A stretch of 64,000 bases of DNA from Ascidiella aspersa (taxonomy: Eukaryota), in the NCBI GenBank assembly GCA_963924565.1, contig OZ004613.1, positions 13,330,001 to 13,394,000 on the forward strand, written 5' to 3'. Positions 34,101-47,958 of the stretch are shown here, piece by piece. Positions within the stretch are counted from its first letter, which is position 1. Each line of letters opens with the position of its first letter. Position numbers and translations under genes: made by a program. The notes below the pieces were generated by a model. It saw nothing but the letters and a program-made list of their open reading frames with translations, searched no databases and was not told the DNA's origin.

Positions 34101-37100
34101 CATCCATAGACTTCAATAAAGCTCGTCGCTCACTTATAATCTATAGTGGAAATATGTTTAAATATATTATTGACTTAAGATAACACTCCTCTCCTATGTG
34201 GCAGCAAAGAAAACGCGGAAACAACATTTTCGTTTTAACACCGTCTTAAATTCAAAGTTAGCATTCGATAGCTATAAGAGTAATAAAATAATGAACCTTA
34301 CAAATATACTTTTTCTGTTTAAAATTCCTTGACAAAAATTTGGGGGCAATGGTTTACCGAGTTAGCTTTTCCATGGATTGCATCGATGATTGATTGGAAC
34401 TTTTTGCCTTTCGGTGAATGTGAGTAGAGAAAACTGTTCCACATCCATACTTTTTGCATTCTTTCAAATATCATACCTGACGCCACTTTCAAGCTTTCGA
34501 TGTACCGGGCATTTTCCCTGCAATTTTTGAAAGTTGATGTATATTTTTGAAAGTAATTTTGTTTTAGGAATTTTTCAAACTTATATATAACTTTAATAAT
34601 TTGTCGGTTTTAACCAGGTGTAAGCATTTAGTTTAACATTGGGTCGCATAAGAGACACAAAATGTCTTACAGGGCCTGGTCAAAAAGGAGATTGGAAATA
34701 CGTATACACCAAGTGAAATTTTCCACGAAAATATTAAAAAAAATCAAAATAGCCAAGTTAGTTTTACTTTAAAATGTTTGCGGTAAACTAACGGCGATCT
34801 GCAATAAATTGCTTGGCTGACCTATTTTATTCCCTTTTGTATTTCCTAATTCGTCAGATCTCAGATCTGTCTTTGGCCAAATGTTTTTATGTTACTTAAG
34901 AAAGTATGCTAAGCTGTTTACCAATCGCTGTATTTATAGTGCATACTTGATATTTGTATGGCTTGTAGCATTTTGCTTAGCAGAACCTAATTTTACTTTG
35001 CATGTCTTCTTTGCAAAGGTTTACCTATTCATTCCAAACAATAACACCGTTACCCATGATGCCATTAAAGTGGTATAAATTTCTCGGTAAGACATTTTAT
35101 AATATTACTATAAACAGGTATGTATGATTTTTGTTAAAGAACAACTGCAAACGCTTGTAAGCCGCAAAACAATTTCTCACCCTGTTTTGTCAGTCGTTTT
35201 TTGTGACATCACGCATTGCATCATGTTGGTGAATGAAGTATCAAATGTCAACTGGCTGATGTCGTAAACCGTACGTTTGATTGCTAACTTTTCACAGTTC
35301 TCCACAACGCTTTGACAGTTGTCGTTAAAGACCTGGATATGACTGCAACAACAAACCAAGGTTCAATCAGCAAAACATAAAAGATTTTAAGTCGACCTGT
35401 TTAAATTTCTTAGAAGTATATGTCATATAAAAAGCAAACAGTAAAATAAATGTACTTTGAAACAATCTAAAAAAATGCTGATTGTAAGACTAAAGGAGTA
35501 GTAGAAAATAAAAACGGTAATTATATTCCCTACAAAAAAAATTGAAAAATGTTTTTTGGGGTCAATATTACTACAAAGCAGTAGAAGAGTCATGCACAGT
35601 ACGAAATTATCTAACATATGTTAATGTAAATTGAAAACTAATAATAATTTAAACAAAAAAACACAAGCTTGAAATTATTTTAAATCTTTCAATCTGTGCA
35701 GAAATTCGGGCAGTTATATTTAAAACTAAAATAGCTGATATGCTTATCTCACGCTTTTAGAACGTCGAAATGGAATATCGGTGTCAGCAATCGGCGATGA
35801 CGTCGCCAAATTTCGTTCTCTGACGTAACTAGTCCTTGGCCGAGTAATTTCCTCAGAAATTTTTTGTATCCGTCTGATTTTGGTGCAACTACATGTTTGC
35901 ATGTTTATTTTCAACACAAAATGTCTGTAAGATGTTAGTGTAAAGTAAGTTTATTTTCTTTGGGCCTTATTCGCTTGGCGTGCAATACAACTTTACGCCC
36001 ATAATTGGCAAAACTTGTTAGTAGCCTCGTGAAATCCTACTAAACGTTTATTGGAACAAAAAATAGGTAAAGTGTGGCAATAGCCACACTGTGTTGTAGT
36101 ACAGGCGACAGGCGTCTAAACATGACAAATCTGAACACTTTTAAGATACAATTCAACTGCATATACTTACAAGTCGACGTCAATATGGTTTTTACTACAT
36201 CTGGATGGTAAACATGAACGCTTAAGAACGATCGGCCGAACCAATAAGCACACATTGCCGGTAACTCGTTGGACCTCTCTGCTGAGTTTACCAATCCATA
36301 ATACTTGTTCAATGGATACTGTAAATAAAGCATATCCTACCTTTAATGGCGGAACCACTTAAATTTCCTTGTGATAAATAAAAAAAAAATAACTATTACA
36401 CAGGTCAACACAATTTTTTGGCACAAAATGTTACAGTTTCAGGATATCCAGGACTCCTGAGCCTAGAAATGCATTTGGATGTTTCGAATAAGCTCTATAC
36501 CCTTTCAACAATAAAAATATTTTTAATATTCTTACGCGAAGGCTTTTGGCAAAAAGACGAAGGTAAAAAAGCCATTATATAAACCCATAAGAGTGTGGCG
36601 TCGAGACAACGTCAAGTTTAAAGACTGATTGTCCACAGAGTGTGGCGTCGAGACGCATAAAGTTGTAAAAGTATAAGTTATGATCAACCTATTAACGCCC
36701 TTGTGCGAGATTTAGTTTTTTTTTACATGTCATTTTTGTTCCTCGGACCAATATTACTTTTCGTAAGAAAAAAACAAAAAATTGTTTCCGTAAGAGAAAC
36801 AAAATTCTAAGAAGTTACTGTAGTAAAGGAAATCATTTTATATTCTGTAACAGCATAGAACGCCTATTTAAAGCAACGGGTGTCCCCAAATGACAACCTA
36901 AAAATCGAGTAGCGTTTGCTTATCGATAAACCAAAAAGGTGTTCGAAGTGTGTTCTGCTTCCGACAAAGATATTTTTTAACGCAAAGTCATTTACCTTTT
37001 TTTTTAAGTAGGGTCGGTGGACCCTGGGAGTACGTAGACTATTATTAAGGGTCCATAAAGAAATATAAATTTTGGGGGCTTAATTTTTAAATTTGATATA

Positions 37101-38377
37101 TTGTTCAAACAATAAGTTTAATTGAAAAAAACGCTTTGATGCCTTCTTCTTAAAAAAGTATTTAAACCTATTTAAATTTTCACTTATTTTAGCCTGAAAA
37201 CAGCAGGTTTCATGTCGACGTTTTTATGACGTCAAAGACGTAATCTTTTAATATTTTATACCGACCGTGGCCTACGTGAACCCAAAATGTTTTGGGGATC
37301 GACCCTAAAAAGAGTTTAAAGAACCAGTAACTCGAAAGACTTAAACAAATGTGGAACAACTCACAACTCTTGGGGTTGAAATGAGCATAGCATTCCTTTT
37401 CCTGTATATTCAGCCACTTAGATCGATGTCCAGAAACTTTTATGACGTTTATAAAGCGAAAGGCAATCGGTTTTATCAAGGCCTCAAGACAATGGAAAAA
37501 AGAAGCAGTGTGGATCGGACTTCAAAATAATGTTTGATCAAAAAACCATACATAAGGACTTTCCACTCATATATACGTCATATCGCATGTTACGGTTATT
37601 TTTAAGTTGATGAACATTCATAAACGTGTGTTTTTTTGCATTTCAACTTGATAAGGACCAAAAATAATTTTGTGTCAGGAAAATGTACCTAATAGATTTA
37701 GTTCACACTTTTTCATTGTAATTTACGACGCGCCCCTTATGATTATGGAGGCGAAAAATAATAGTTTTAACTATAGAACCTATTTAAAAAAACTAAACTC
37801 AAGGACCCTGAAATATTAAAACGAAATCAAGGACTCTGAAATATTAAAACGACTCTCATATCGGAATTAACTTTAATGTTATAGTATTAGGACAAATAAC
37901 TGAGAATAAATTAGCTATAAACTCTGGGTCGATTAGAGCCGCCGTTCTAACATCGGCCGTCTTGGGCGCCTCTGTATTGGTACCGTACTGTTGTCTTTGT
38001 TTTGGGTAAGGGTCGGGCAATAAGTGGGAACATAATTTAGGTTAGGTTTGAATTTCGAATTAGTGAAAAAGTTCGAGGCGAGGTTTGAAATAAGGTAAAA
38101 TGATTTTTAAGATCTTTATCATATTGTCGCCTTTTCTACTGCGGGAACTCCAATTAACACTTGCCTTTATAAGGTCTCCCAAAAACCAGTGCTGGTCGTT
38201 CGATTGTCCAATCTCCTTGGCCAAGCTGCGGTTTTTGTTAAACTTCAAATGTGCAGGAACTATGAACTTGAAGACGACCAGCGGAATAACAATCAGTGGA
38301 ATGGCGGAAGTCGTTAGGAAGCCAACCAAAAGCTGCACGTTGCCAGGAGAGAATATAGAACCTGCATTTTCTATCAT
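31149..38377 (-). CDS. CYP4: Cytochrome P450, clan 4/CYP4-like, copy 2, 11 exons, 542 aa
   Basis: Exons 38165-38377, 36171-36318, 35753-35888, 35181-35342, 34358-34517, 33991-34140, 33025-33112, 32580-32682, 32065-32281, 31606-31688, 31149-31317 (1629 nt). Motifs WRRHR, SAGQETV, KESMR, YDPDRF, FSAGSRNCIG. GC donor in intron 1. Confidence 0.92.
33416..33618. repeat. MITE-like element rich in GAACCG repeats in intron 6 of copy 2 (also ~55625-55805 in copy 5; absent from copy 3)
   Basis: CAGGGAGTAGAACCG.. / ..CGGTTCACTCCAG imperfect inverted ends with many GAACC(G) repeats. Confidence 0.55.
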
Positions 38378-40012
38378 CCTGTTGGCAATCCTATCAGACT
38401 ATGTTGTATAGCGCTGATTTTCTAAAACGAATACCGTTGAATTTCGGTTTTGATGCTCATAAAAGTTAGCCGAGGTTCATCTTTTGTGTTATTTAAGCAC
38501 GGTTGTAGTGATTAGGATGAGGCCTGTTGTTTCGCACGGCTATCAACTAAGATTAACAATAAACGCTTATTAAATATTCCACCATATATTGTGGCATTTA
38601 ATGCCTTGTTGACTCGGGTCACTTATAAGACCTAATTTTTACGACAAATCTTGAAACTTATATTTGAAAGTCAAATGTCAAGAGCACTGTGCAAAAAAAG
38701 TCCTTCATTTTTTGCATAAAATATTGGCCTATGTTATAATTTTTGCAAGTTGCAAAACCACGCACCCATTTAATGCAATACCGGAAACCCTAACCTATAC
38801 AAACCATATTGTAAATACCGATATTGGCGCGGTTTCATTTTGTGACGAAATGTAAAGATTTTAAGTTAAATAAAGTAACTCATCAAATTTTTTGCACGAT
38901 TATAAACCATGGAAGATCAGAAAAGCAAACAAAATAGCAAGCAAATATTTTTAAATCTTAGACTCAAAACTAAAATCACTTTAGTAACCTGCTTTGTAGC
39001 CTAGATACAACCTGTAGGGCTGTAGGCCTAAGAAGTTAATGTGCAACAAAAGCGGTTTCGCAACCCAGACAAAGTATACACTGACTGAAACTCGACACAC
39101 AACACAAGTCATAACCTTGCATGTTTGCTACTGCTGGAAGACAAACAAACGAAATACATTTTGCTGTGACTTGGTTATGGCCAAAGGTTACTAGTTGGAT
39201 TCGCAAATCGAGCAACCATCCTACTCTAAAAGACTATCGTTATTTCAATTGTTCGGTCAAGAAAAACCATGCACGAAATTACGCGAGTTTAAACATACTA
39301 AACAAACTGAATCTGAACGTAAAATAGATAATTTTTTAGGGTCAAATGCAGGTGACAGTAAATCAACTACTGAACTGTTGTTTTTTGGTGTTGTTTTGCT
39401 TATTGTAATAATGAAGTTGGTTTGTACTGATTGTATAATTACAAAAATTGGGTGACTGTGTTTTGTGATTTTGTAGCTTTATACCTCTGGACTCAAAAAT
39501 AGTATATTTGCAATGGTAAAACTTAGCTTGAGTCGGCCATAACAAAAATCGAAACAACCTAGTCATTTTGTGCTGTTATATATAGACGAGAAAGTTTTAT
39601 CATAGCATGAGACAAGGGTGAATGAAACCTGGAGATAGATGCTAGGGGTGAACAAAACTAATAGTGAGTTTGTTAGCACGGCAAAATTTTCTCCTTTTAT
39701 CTTTTGAAAGTGCTGCTACGTTTGTGAAAAAAATCTGCATAGAGACGGAATAAAAAATTATAATTGCGACTAATGACGTCCCAAACTACGTTTGAAAAGA
39801 CTCTGCGAAAATTAAAGCACGTTAGGCAAAAACGATTAAAACATAATTAAAAATGGAAGTAAACAATATAACTGGTGATTTTGGTGGCACAGATTGCAGC
39901 CACAAAGTTTTTGCTTTCTACAGGCCTAAGTAATTTTATGTACACTGATGCTATAAATTAAAAAATATTAAAGATTAATGCAAAACAGGCGAAAGAATTT
40001 CCAAACATATGT

Positions 40013-43000
40013 TCAAATATGCCGAATTTTCACTTGAATGCCGTTTTGTGACGATAACGTAACTCCTGGTGTAATTTCGGGCTCCTTGCAATCCGAATCC
40101 AGGTAGATTTCAAATCGACGCAGAATCTGAGCAACCACCACCCTCATTTGATGCATGGCAAAGTGCTGGCCGATACAGTTGCTGACAAACAATTAAAAGA
40201 GTAAAAAAACAGTCTGCTGAACGTTGCCGAGTCGATAGCGAAAATAGGAAGCCTTGAAAATATCATATACGAGAAAAAACAGTGGTTTATTTCAACGACG
40301 AAATTTTTATTTCGTGAAATTACGTAATGAAAACATGTCAGTCAAAATATATTATTGAAGAGCTTGCGTGTGCCGGTGAGCTTTTGCTAGCACGTCGATT
40401 GACCATCGTATCGTATATAATAAAATGTGTAAAATAAATAGAAACATTCAGCCTTCTAAGAAAAGTAACTTACCGTGAACCAGCTGAAAACGGTATATAA
40501 GCGAACGATGATCTTTGCGAAGATCGTTCGCTGCTAAAACGATCAGGGTCGTAAACCTTTGGGAAAGAAACACAACATTTTAAATTAAGGAAAAAATATT
40601 TCAACACACTGTACAAATATTAGATAACGGAAAATGGAAGAAAAAACCAGCGGAAAAACGCACGCAGCATTGATTTTTAATTTTAATATGCTTGACCGTT
40701 TTCGAAAATCACCGCGTAAAATGTCACGTTTCCTCTTAAAATTAAAATTTCGTGTCGCCATTTAATACAGGCCAATCTAAGTAGCGGATGGCCTTCGATT
40801 CATCAGGAAAATCCAAATATTTCGGCATCGTCAGTAAATCCACCAAATTTGTTTTTACGCGGATCCTTATAGTTGCTATGTTGCGCCAAATACAGCTTAA
40901 TGTAACAATCAGCACGTTTTACACACGAAAGCTTACATTCGGGTTTTCCCAGACGTGCGGATTCCGATGTAAAGCGAAAATATTGACGCCGACGTTTTGG
41001 CCGGGCTGAAGTATCACCTCCTTGTAGCCGTCAAAGCGATGTGAAAGGGTCATGGGAGCCGTGATGTCACGACCGATGAAATGAGCCACGGGCGCCAGGC
41101 GCATACTCTCCTTGATGCATTGAGTCAGGAAGCCAAGTTTGACCATGTCGGTTCTGAATGCAAACCAAGAGATACGGTTTGAGAAAAGTTAAGTGAAGTC
41201 TTATATTCCGGTAGTGAAATTCAATTTAGTAAAAATCACGACCCAAATAACAGCGAATTGACAAACACTATAAACAAAACACACAATATCAAATAGAACT
41301 CATTTGTGCGATAGTAAAGTAATTATCAGTTACTAAGGATTAATCAGTTATAAGCAAGTTGTAACCCTGAAAAAAAAACAATAGAATTTCACATCAATTG
41401 GTACTTTTTATACTGTTGTCCAATGAACTTGGCATACGTTTTACTCACATTTCCAGGTCAGGTTTGTTTCCTAAAGTACCGTTTATCTCTTCTCTGCATT
41501 TTTCTTGAAATTCGGGATGCAAAGCAAGGTAATATAAGGTCCATGCCATTCCTGTAGGACAAATACAATAATATTTTATTCATATATTTAGCCACAGCGA
41601 CAATTTTTTGCAGTTTCGTTTTTTAGTTTAGAATTTAATGAAACTAAATTAATAGTGTTGTAAGAACAGGCTGTTATTTTTGGTAGTTTCAGCAGGGTTA
41701 GACAAAATTATACAGATGTGGTTTCCATGTTTTAGTCATTTAAAACAATGCTAGCAAACGACGTTCATACAATGCCATTTAAAGTTGAATCATAGTTTTC
41801 TGCGTGGAATTAGCACGTGTAGCTGCATAAGGTGCGTTTTAAAAACATGGTTATCATGCCAATTGTGAACGAAACTCAATATACAACAACTTACCGTTTG
41901 CAACTGACTCTTGTCCGGCGCTGAAAAATGTCACTACTTCGTCTTTTACCTCTTCGTCTGTAAGTACGACACCATGCTGATCCTGAAACCAAAAAATAAC
42001 ACTCTTGTTACAACATTAGGGCATCAATCAAAGTTGCACTATAGTACAAGGGTTCTCAAATTGTTCTTCCAGTACCTTCTCTTTGTAGAACGACACATGT
42101 GTTGCAATACACGAAATCATAATGTAGGTTTTATTGTGTAAAGCAAATTTAACGAATACTTTTAAAACACACAGAGTGAGTCAACTTATAGTCAAAGTTT
42201 CAAATATTTATCATGGCATTGCCAATTTCAGCATATGGCGCTTCGTATGAAAATTATAACAATATTGTTATAACTAACTAGAAAGTCAACGTCTTATATT
42301 GACCTTGTTTGTTTCGTGTTGTCGCTGACTTTAAGAAACTAACCTTCGTTTGGAGCAAAACATCAAGGAAATCCACATATTTTCCCTTCCTCTTTGTGAA
42401 CATAAACGTTTTTCCGCTGCCTTTATCTTGCATAGAAATCGACTCTGTTTCGCCATCCATAGACTTCAATAAAGCTCGTCGCTCACTTATAATCTATAGT
42501 GGAAATATGTTTAAATATATTATTGACTTGAGATAATACTCCTCTCCTATGTGGCAGCGAAGAAAAACGCGGAAACAACATTTTAGTTTTAACACCGTCT
42601 TAAATTCAAAGTTAGCATTCAATAGCTATAACAGTAATAACATAATGAAAAAAACCTTACAAATATACTTTTTCTGTTTAAAATTTCTTGACAGAAATTT
42701 GAGGGCAATGGTTTACCGAATTAGCTTTTCCATGGACTGCATCGATGATTGATTGGAACTTTTTGCCTTTCGGTGAATGTGAGTAGAGAAAACTGTTCCA
42801 CATCCATACTTTTTGCATTCTTTCAAATATCATACCTGACGCCACTTTCAAGCTTTCGATGTACCGGGCATTTTCCCTGCAATTTTTGAAAGCTAATATA
42901 TATTTTTTGAAAGTTATTTTGTTTTAGGAATTTTTCAAACTTATAAATAACTTTAATAATTAGTCGGTTTTAACCAGGTGTAGGCCTTTAGTTTAACATT

Positions 43001-46000
43001 GGGTCGCATAAGAGACACAAAATGTCTTACAGGGCCTGGTCAAAAAGGGGATTGGAAATAAATATAATGAAAGTGAAATTTTCCACGAAAATATTAAAAA
43101 AAATAAAAATAGCAAAGTTAGTTTTGCTTTAAAATGTTTGCGGTAAAATAACGGCGACCTAAAATAAATAAATTGGCTGACCTATTTTATTCACTTTTGT
43201 ATTTCCTAATTCGTCAGATCTGTCTTTGGCCAAATGTTTTATGTTACTTAAGAAAGTATGCTAAGCTGTTTACCAATCGCTGTATTTATAGTGCATACTT
43301 GATATTTGTATGGCTTATAGCATTTTGCTTAGCAGAACCCAATTTTACTTTGCATGTTTTCTTTGCAAAGGTTTACCTATTCATTCCAAACAATAACACG
43401 GTTACCCATGATGCCAATAAAGTGATATAAATTTCTCGGTAAGACATTTTATAAAATTACTGTAGTCAGGTTTGTATGATTTTTGTTAAAGAACAACTGC
43501 AAACGCTTGTAAGCCGCAAAACAATTTCTCACCCTGTTTTGTCAGTCGTTTTTTGTGACATCACGCATTGCATCATGTTGGTGAATGAAGTATCAAATGT
43601 CAACTGGCTGATGTCGTAAACCGTTCGTTTGATTGCTAACTTTTCACAGTTCTCCACAACGCTTTGACAGTTGTCGTTAAAGACCTGGATATGACTGCAA
43701 CAACAAACCAAGGTTCCATCAGCAAAACATAAAAGATTTTAAGTCGACCGGTTTAAAGTTCTTAGAAGTATATGTCATATAAAACGCAAACAGTAATATA
43801 AAGGTACTTTGAAACAATCTAAAAAATGCTGATTGTAAGACCAAAGGAGTAGTAGATAACAAAAACGGTAAACTTACTAGAAAACAAATTAAAAAATAAT
43901 TTGGGGGTCAATATTACAACAAAACAATAGAAGAGTTCTGCAAAGTATGAAATTCACTTACCACATAGATGGTTGGAAAATTAAAAAATTAATTACAAAA
44001 AAAACTAACTAAAATAGCTAATAAGCTTATCTCACGCTTTTAGAACGTCGAAATGGAAAATCGGTGTCAGCAATCGGCGATGACGTCGCCAAATTTCGTT
44101 CTCTGACGTAACTAGTCCTTGGCCGAGTAATTTCCTCAAAAATTTTTTGTATCCGACTGATTTTGCTGTAACTACATGTTTGCATGTTTATTTTCAACAC
44201 AATATGTCTGTAAGATGTTGGTGTAAAGTAAGTTTATTTCCTTTGGGCCTTATTCGTTTGGCGTGCAATACAACTTTACGCCCATAATTGGCAAAACTTG
44301 TCAGTAGCCTCGTGAAATCCTACTAAACGTTTATTGGAACAAAAAATAGGTAAAGTGTGGCAATAGCCACACTGCATCATAGTGCAGGCGACAGGCGTCT
44401 AAACATGACAAATCTGAACATTTTTAAGATACAATTCAACTGCATATACTTACAAGGCGACGTCAATATGGTTTTTACTACATCTGGATGGTAAACATGA
44501 ACGCTTAAGAACGATCGGCCGAACCAATAAGCACACATTGCCGGTAACTCGTTGGACCTCTCTGCTGAGTTTACCAATCCATAATACTTGTTCAGAGGAT
44601 ACTGTAAATAAAGCATATCCTACCTTTAATGGCGGAACCACTTAAATTTCCTTGTGATAAATAAAAAAAAAATAACTATTACACAGGTCAACACAATCTT
44701 TTGGCACAAAATGTTACAGTTTCAGGATATCCAGGACTCCTGAGCCTAGAAATGCATTTGGATGTTTCGAATAAGCTCTATACCCTTTCAACAATAAAAA
44801 TATTTTTAATATTCTTACGCGAAGGCTTTTGGAAAAAAGACGAAGGTAAAAAAGCCATTATATAAACCCATAAGAGTGTGGCGTCGAGACAACGTCAAGT
44901 TTAAAGACTGATTGTCCACAGAGTGTGGCGTCGAGACGCATAAAGTTGTAAAAGTATAAGTTATGATCAACCTATTAACGCCCTTGTGCGAGATTTAGTT
45001 TTTTTTTACATGTCATTTTTGTTCCTCGGGCAAATATTACTTTTCGTAAGAAAAAAACAAAAAATTGTTTCCGTAAGAGAAACAAAATTCTAAGAAGTTA
45101 CTGTAGTAAAGGAAATCATTTTATATTCTGTAACAGCATAGAACGCCTATTTAAAGCAACGGGTGTCCCCAAATGACAACCTGAAAATCGAGTAGCGTTT
45201 GCTTATCCATAAACCAAAAAGGTGTTCGAAGTGTGTTCTGCTTCCGACAAAGATATTTTTTAACGCAAAGGCATTTAACTATATTGGACAGTTTTTTTTA
45301 AAGTTGAGCCTGTGGACCCTGGGAGTACGTGGACTATTATTGAGGGTGCATAAACAAATCTAGATTTTTGGGGCTTAATTTTTAAAATTGATATTTTGTT
45401 CAAACAAGTAAGTTTAATTGAAAAAAACGCTTTGATGCCTTCTTCTTAATAAAGTATTTAAACCTATTTAAATTTTCACTTATTTTAGCCTGAAAACAGC
45501 AGGTTTCATGTCGACGTGTTTATGACGTCAATTTTTACGTAATCTTTTAATATTTTATACCGACCGTGGCCTACGTGAACCCAAGAAGTTTTGGGGATCG
45601 ACCCTAAAATAAGTTCAAAGAACCAGTTTAATTCGAAAGACTTAAACAAATGTGGAACAACTCCCAAGCTCTTGGGGTTGAAATGAGCATAGCATTCATT
45701 TTCCTGTATATTCAGCCACTTAGATCGATGTCCAGAAACTTTTGTGACGTTTATAAAGGGAAAGGTTTTATCAAGACGTCAAGACAATAGAAAAAGGGAG
45801 CTGGGTGGATCGGACTTCAAAATAATGTTTGATCAAAAAATCATACAAAAGGACCTTTCACTCATATATACGTCATATCGCATGTTACGGTTATTTTTAA
45901 GTTGATGAACATCCATCAACGTGTGTTTTTTGCATTTCAACTTGATAAGGACCAAAAATATTTTTGTGTCTGAGAAATGTACCTAACAGATTTAGTTCAC

Positions 46001-46671
46001 ACTTTTTCATTGTAATTTACGACGCGCCGCTTATGAATATGGAGGCGAAAAATAATAGTTTTAACTATAGAACCTATTTAAAAAAACTAAACTCAAGGAC
46101 CCTGAAATATTAAATCGAAATCAAGGACTCTGAAATATTAAAACGACTCTCATATCGGAATTAACTTTAATGTTATAGTATTAGAACAAATAACTAAGAA
46201 GAAATTAGCTATAAACTCTGGGTCGATTAGAGCCGCCGTTCTAACATCGGCCGTCTTGGGCGCCTCTGTATTGGTACCGTACTGTTGTCCTTGTGTTGGG
46301 TAAGGGTCGGGCAATAAGTGGGAACATAATTTAGGTTAGGTTTGACTTTCGAATTAGTGAAAAAGTTCGAGGCGAGGTTTGAAATAAGGTAAAATGATTT
46401 TTAAGATCTTTATCATATTGTGGCCTTTTCTATTGCGGGAACTCCAATTAACACTTACCTTTACAAGGTCTCCCAAAAACCAGTGCTGGTCGTTCGATTG
46501 TCCAATCTCCTTGGCCAAGCTGCGGTTTTTGTTAAACTTCAAAGTTGCAGGAACTATAAGCTTGAAGACGATCAGCGGAATAACAATCAGTGGAATGGCG
46601 TAAGTCGTTAGGAAGCCAACCAAAAGCTGCACGTTGCCAGGAGAGAATATAGAACCTGCATTTTCTATCAT
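40013..46671 (-). CDS. CYP4: Cytochrome P450, clan 4/CYP4-like, copy 3, 11 exons, 542 aa
   Basis: Exons 46459-46671, 44454-44601, 44036-44171, 43533-43694, 42717-42876, 42344-42493, 41895-41982, 41449-41551, 40937-41153, 40474-40556, 40013-40181. Exon sizes equal copy 2. I-helix SAGQESV; intron 1 donor GT. Confidence 0.92.
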
Positions 46672-47958
46672 CCTGTTTGCAATCCTATCACTACGTTGTA
46701 TAGCGCTGATTTTCTAAAACGAATACCTGTTGAATTTCGGTTTTGATGTTTATAAAAGATAGTCGAGGTTCATCTTTTGTGTTATTTAAGAACGGTTGTA
46801 GTGATTAGGATGAGGCCTGTTGTTTTGCACGGCTATCAACCAACATTAACAATAAAAGCTTATTAAATATTCCACCATATATTGTGGCATTTAATGCCTT
46901 GTTGACTCGGGTCGCTTATAAGACCTTATTTTTACGCCAAATCTTAAAACTTATATTTGAAAGTCAAATATCAAGAGCACTGTGCAAAAAAGTCCTTCAT
47001 TTTTCGCATAAAATATTGGCCTATGTTGTAATTTTTGCAAGTTGCAAAACCATGCACCCATTTAATGCAATACCGGAAACCCTAACCTATACAAACCATA
47101 TTAAAAATACCGATAATGGCGCGGTTTCATTTTGTGAAGAAATGTAAAGATTTTAAGTTAAATAAAGTAACCCATCAAGTTTTTTTGTACGATTATAAAC
47201 CATGGAAGATCAGAAAAGAAAAAAAAATAGCAAGCAAATATTTTTAAAACTTAGACTCAAACTAAAATCACTTTAGTAACCTGCTTTGTGATCTACATAC
47301 AACCTGTATGTCTACGAAGTTAATGTGCAACAAAAACAGATTTCGCAACCCAGACAAAGTATACACTGACTGAAACTCGACACACAACACAAGTCAAGAT
47401 TTGCATGTTTGCTACTGCTGGAAGACAAACAAACGAAATACCTTTTGCTGTGACTTGTTTATGGCCAAAGGTTACTAGTTGGATTCGCCAATCGAGAAAC
47501 CATCCTACTCTAAAGGACTATCGTTATTTTAATTGTTCGGTCAAGAAAAACCATGCACGAAATTACGCGAGTTTAAACATACTAAACAAACTGAATCTGA
47601 ACGTAAAATAGATACTTTTTTTTGAGACAAGGGTGAATGAAATCTGGAGATAGATGCTAGGGGTGAAAAAAATAAAAAAAGTTTAAGAAGCACTGCTCTA
47701 TACTGTCTCCTCTATTAAGACCATTGTTCAATTGTCCAAAACCTTATATCCGCCCCTGACAGTTAATAATGTTTTTTTATGATAAAGTACCCAAAAACTA
47801 ACCATTTTGGATATAAGTGTGATTAAATTTTATTACGACTCGCATGAACCTTTTTGGGTTTGGTCCCTGTTTTTCTGAGTTGTGCGCTACGAAGAGGTTA
47901 TCCATCCCTGTTTTTTCTTGTAAATAAGACAGATTAACACACAAACCTTAATCTAAAC

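Noticed and set aside
34881-35078. Recurrent [14 protein letters not shown].. (also 43173, 57064)
   Set aside because: Antisense, intronic, and varies in start and frame between duplicates; a by-product of the duplication.
39121-39327. Recurrent ORF MFATAGRQTNE.. (also 47405, 52993, 60983) as a small conserved gene
   Set aside because: Recurrence is explained by recent tandem duplication; the copy at 60983 is frameshifted, and there is no domain or splice support.
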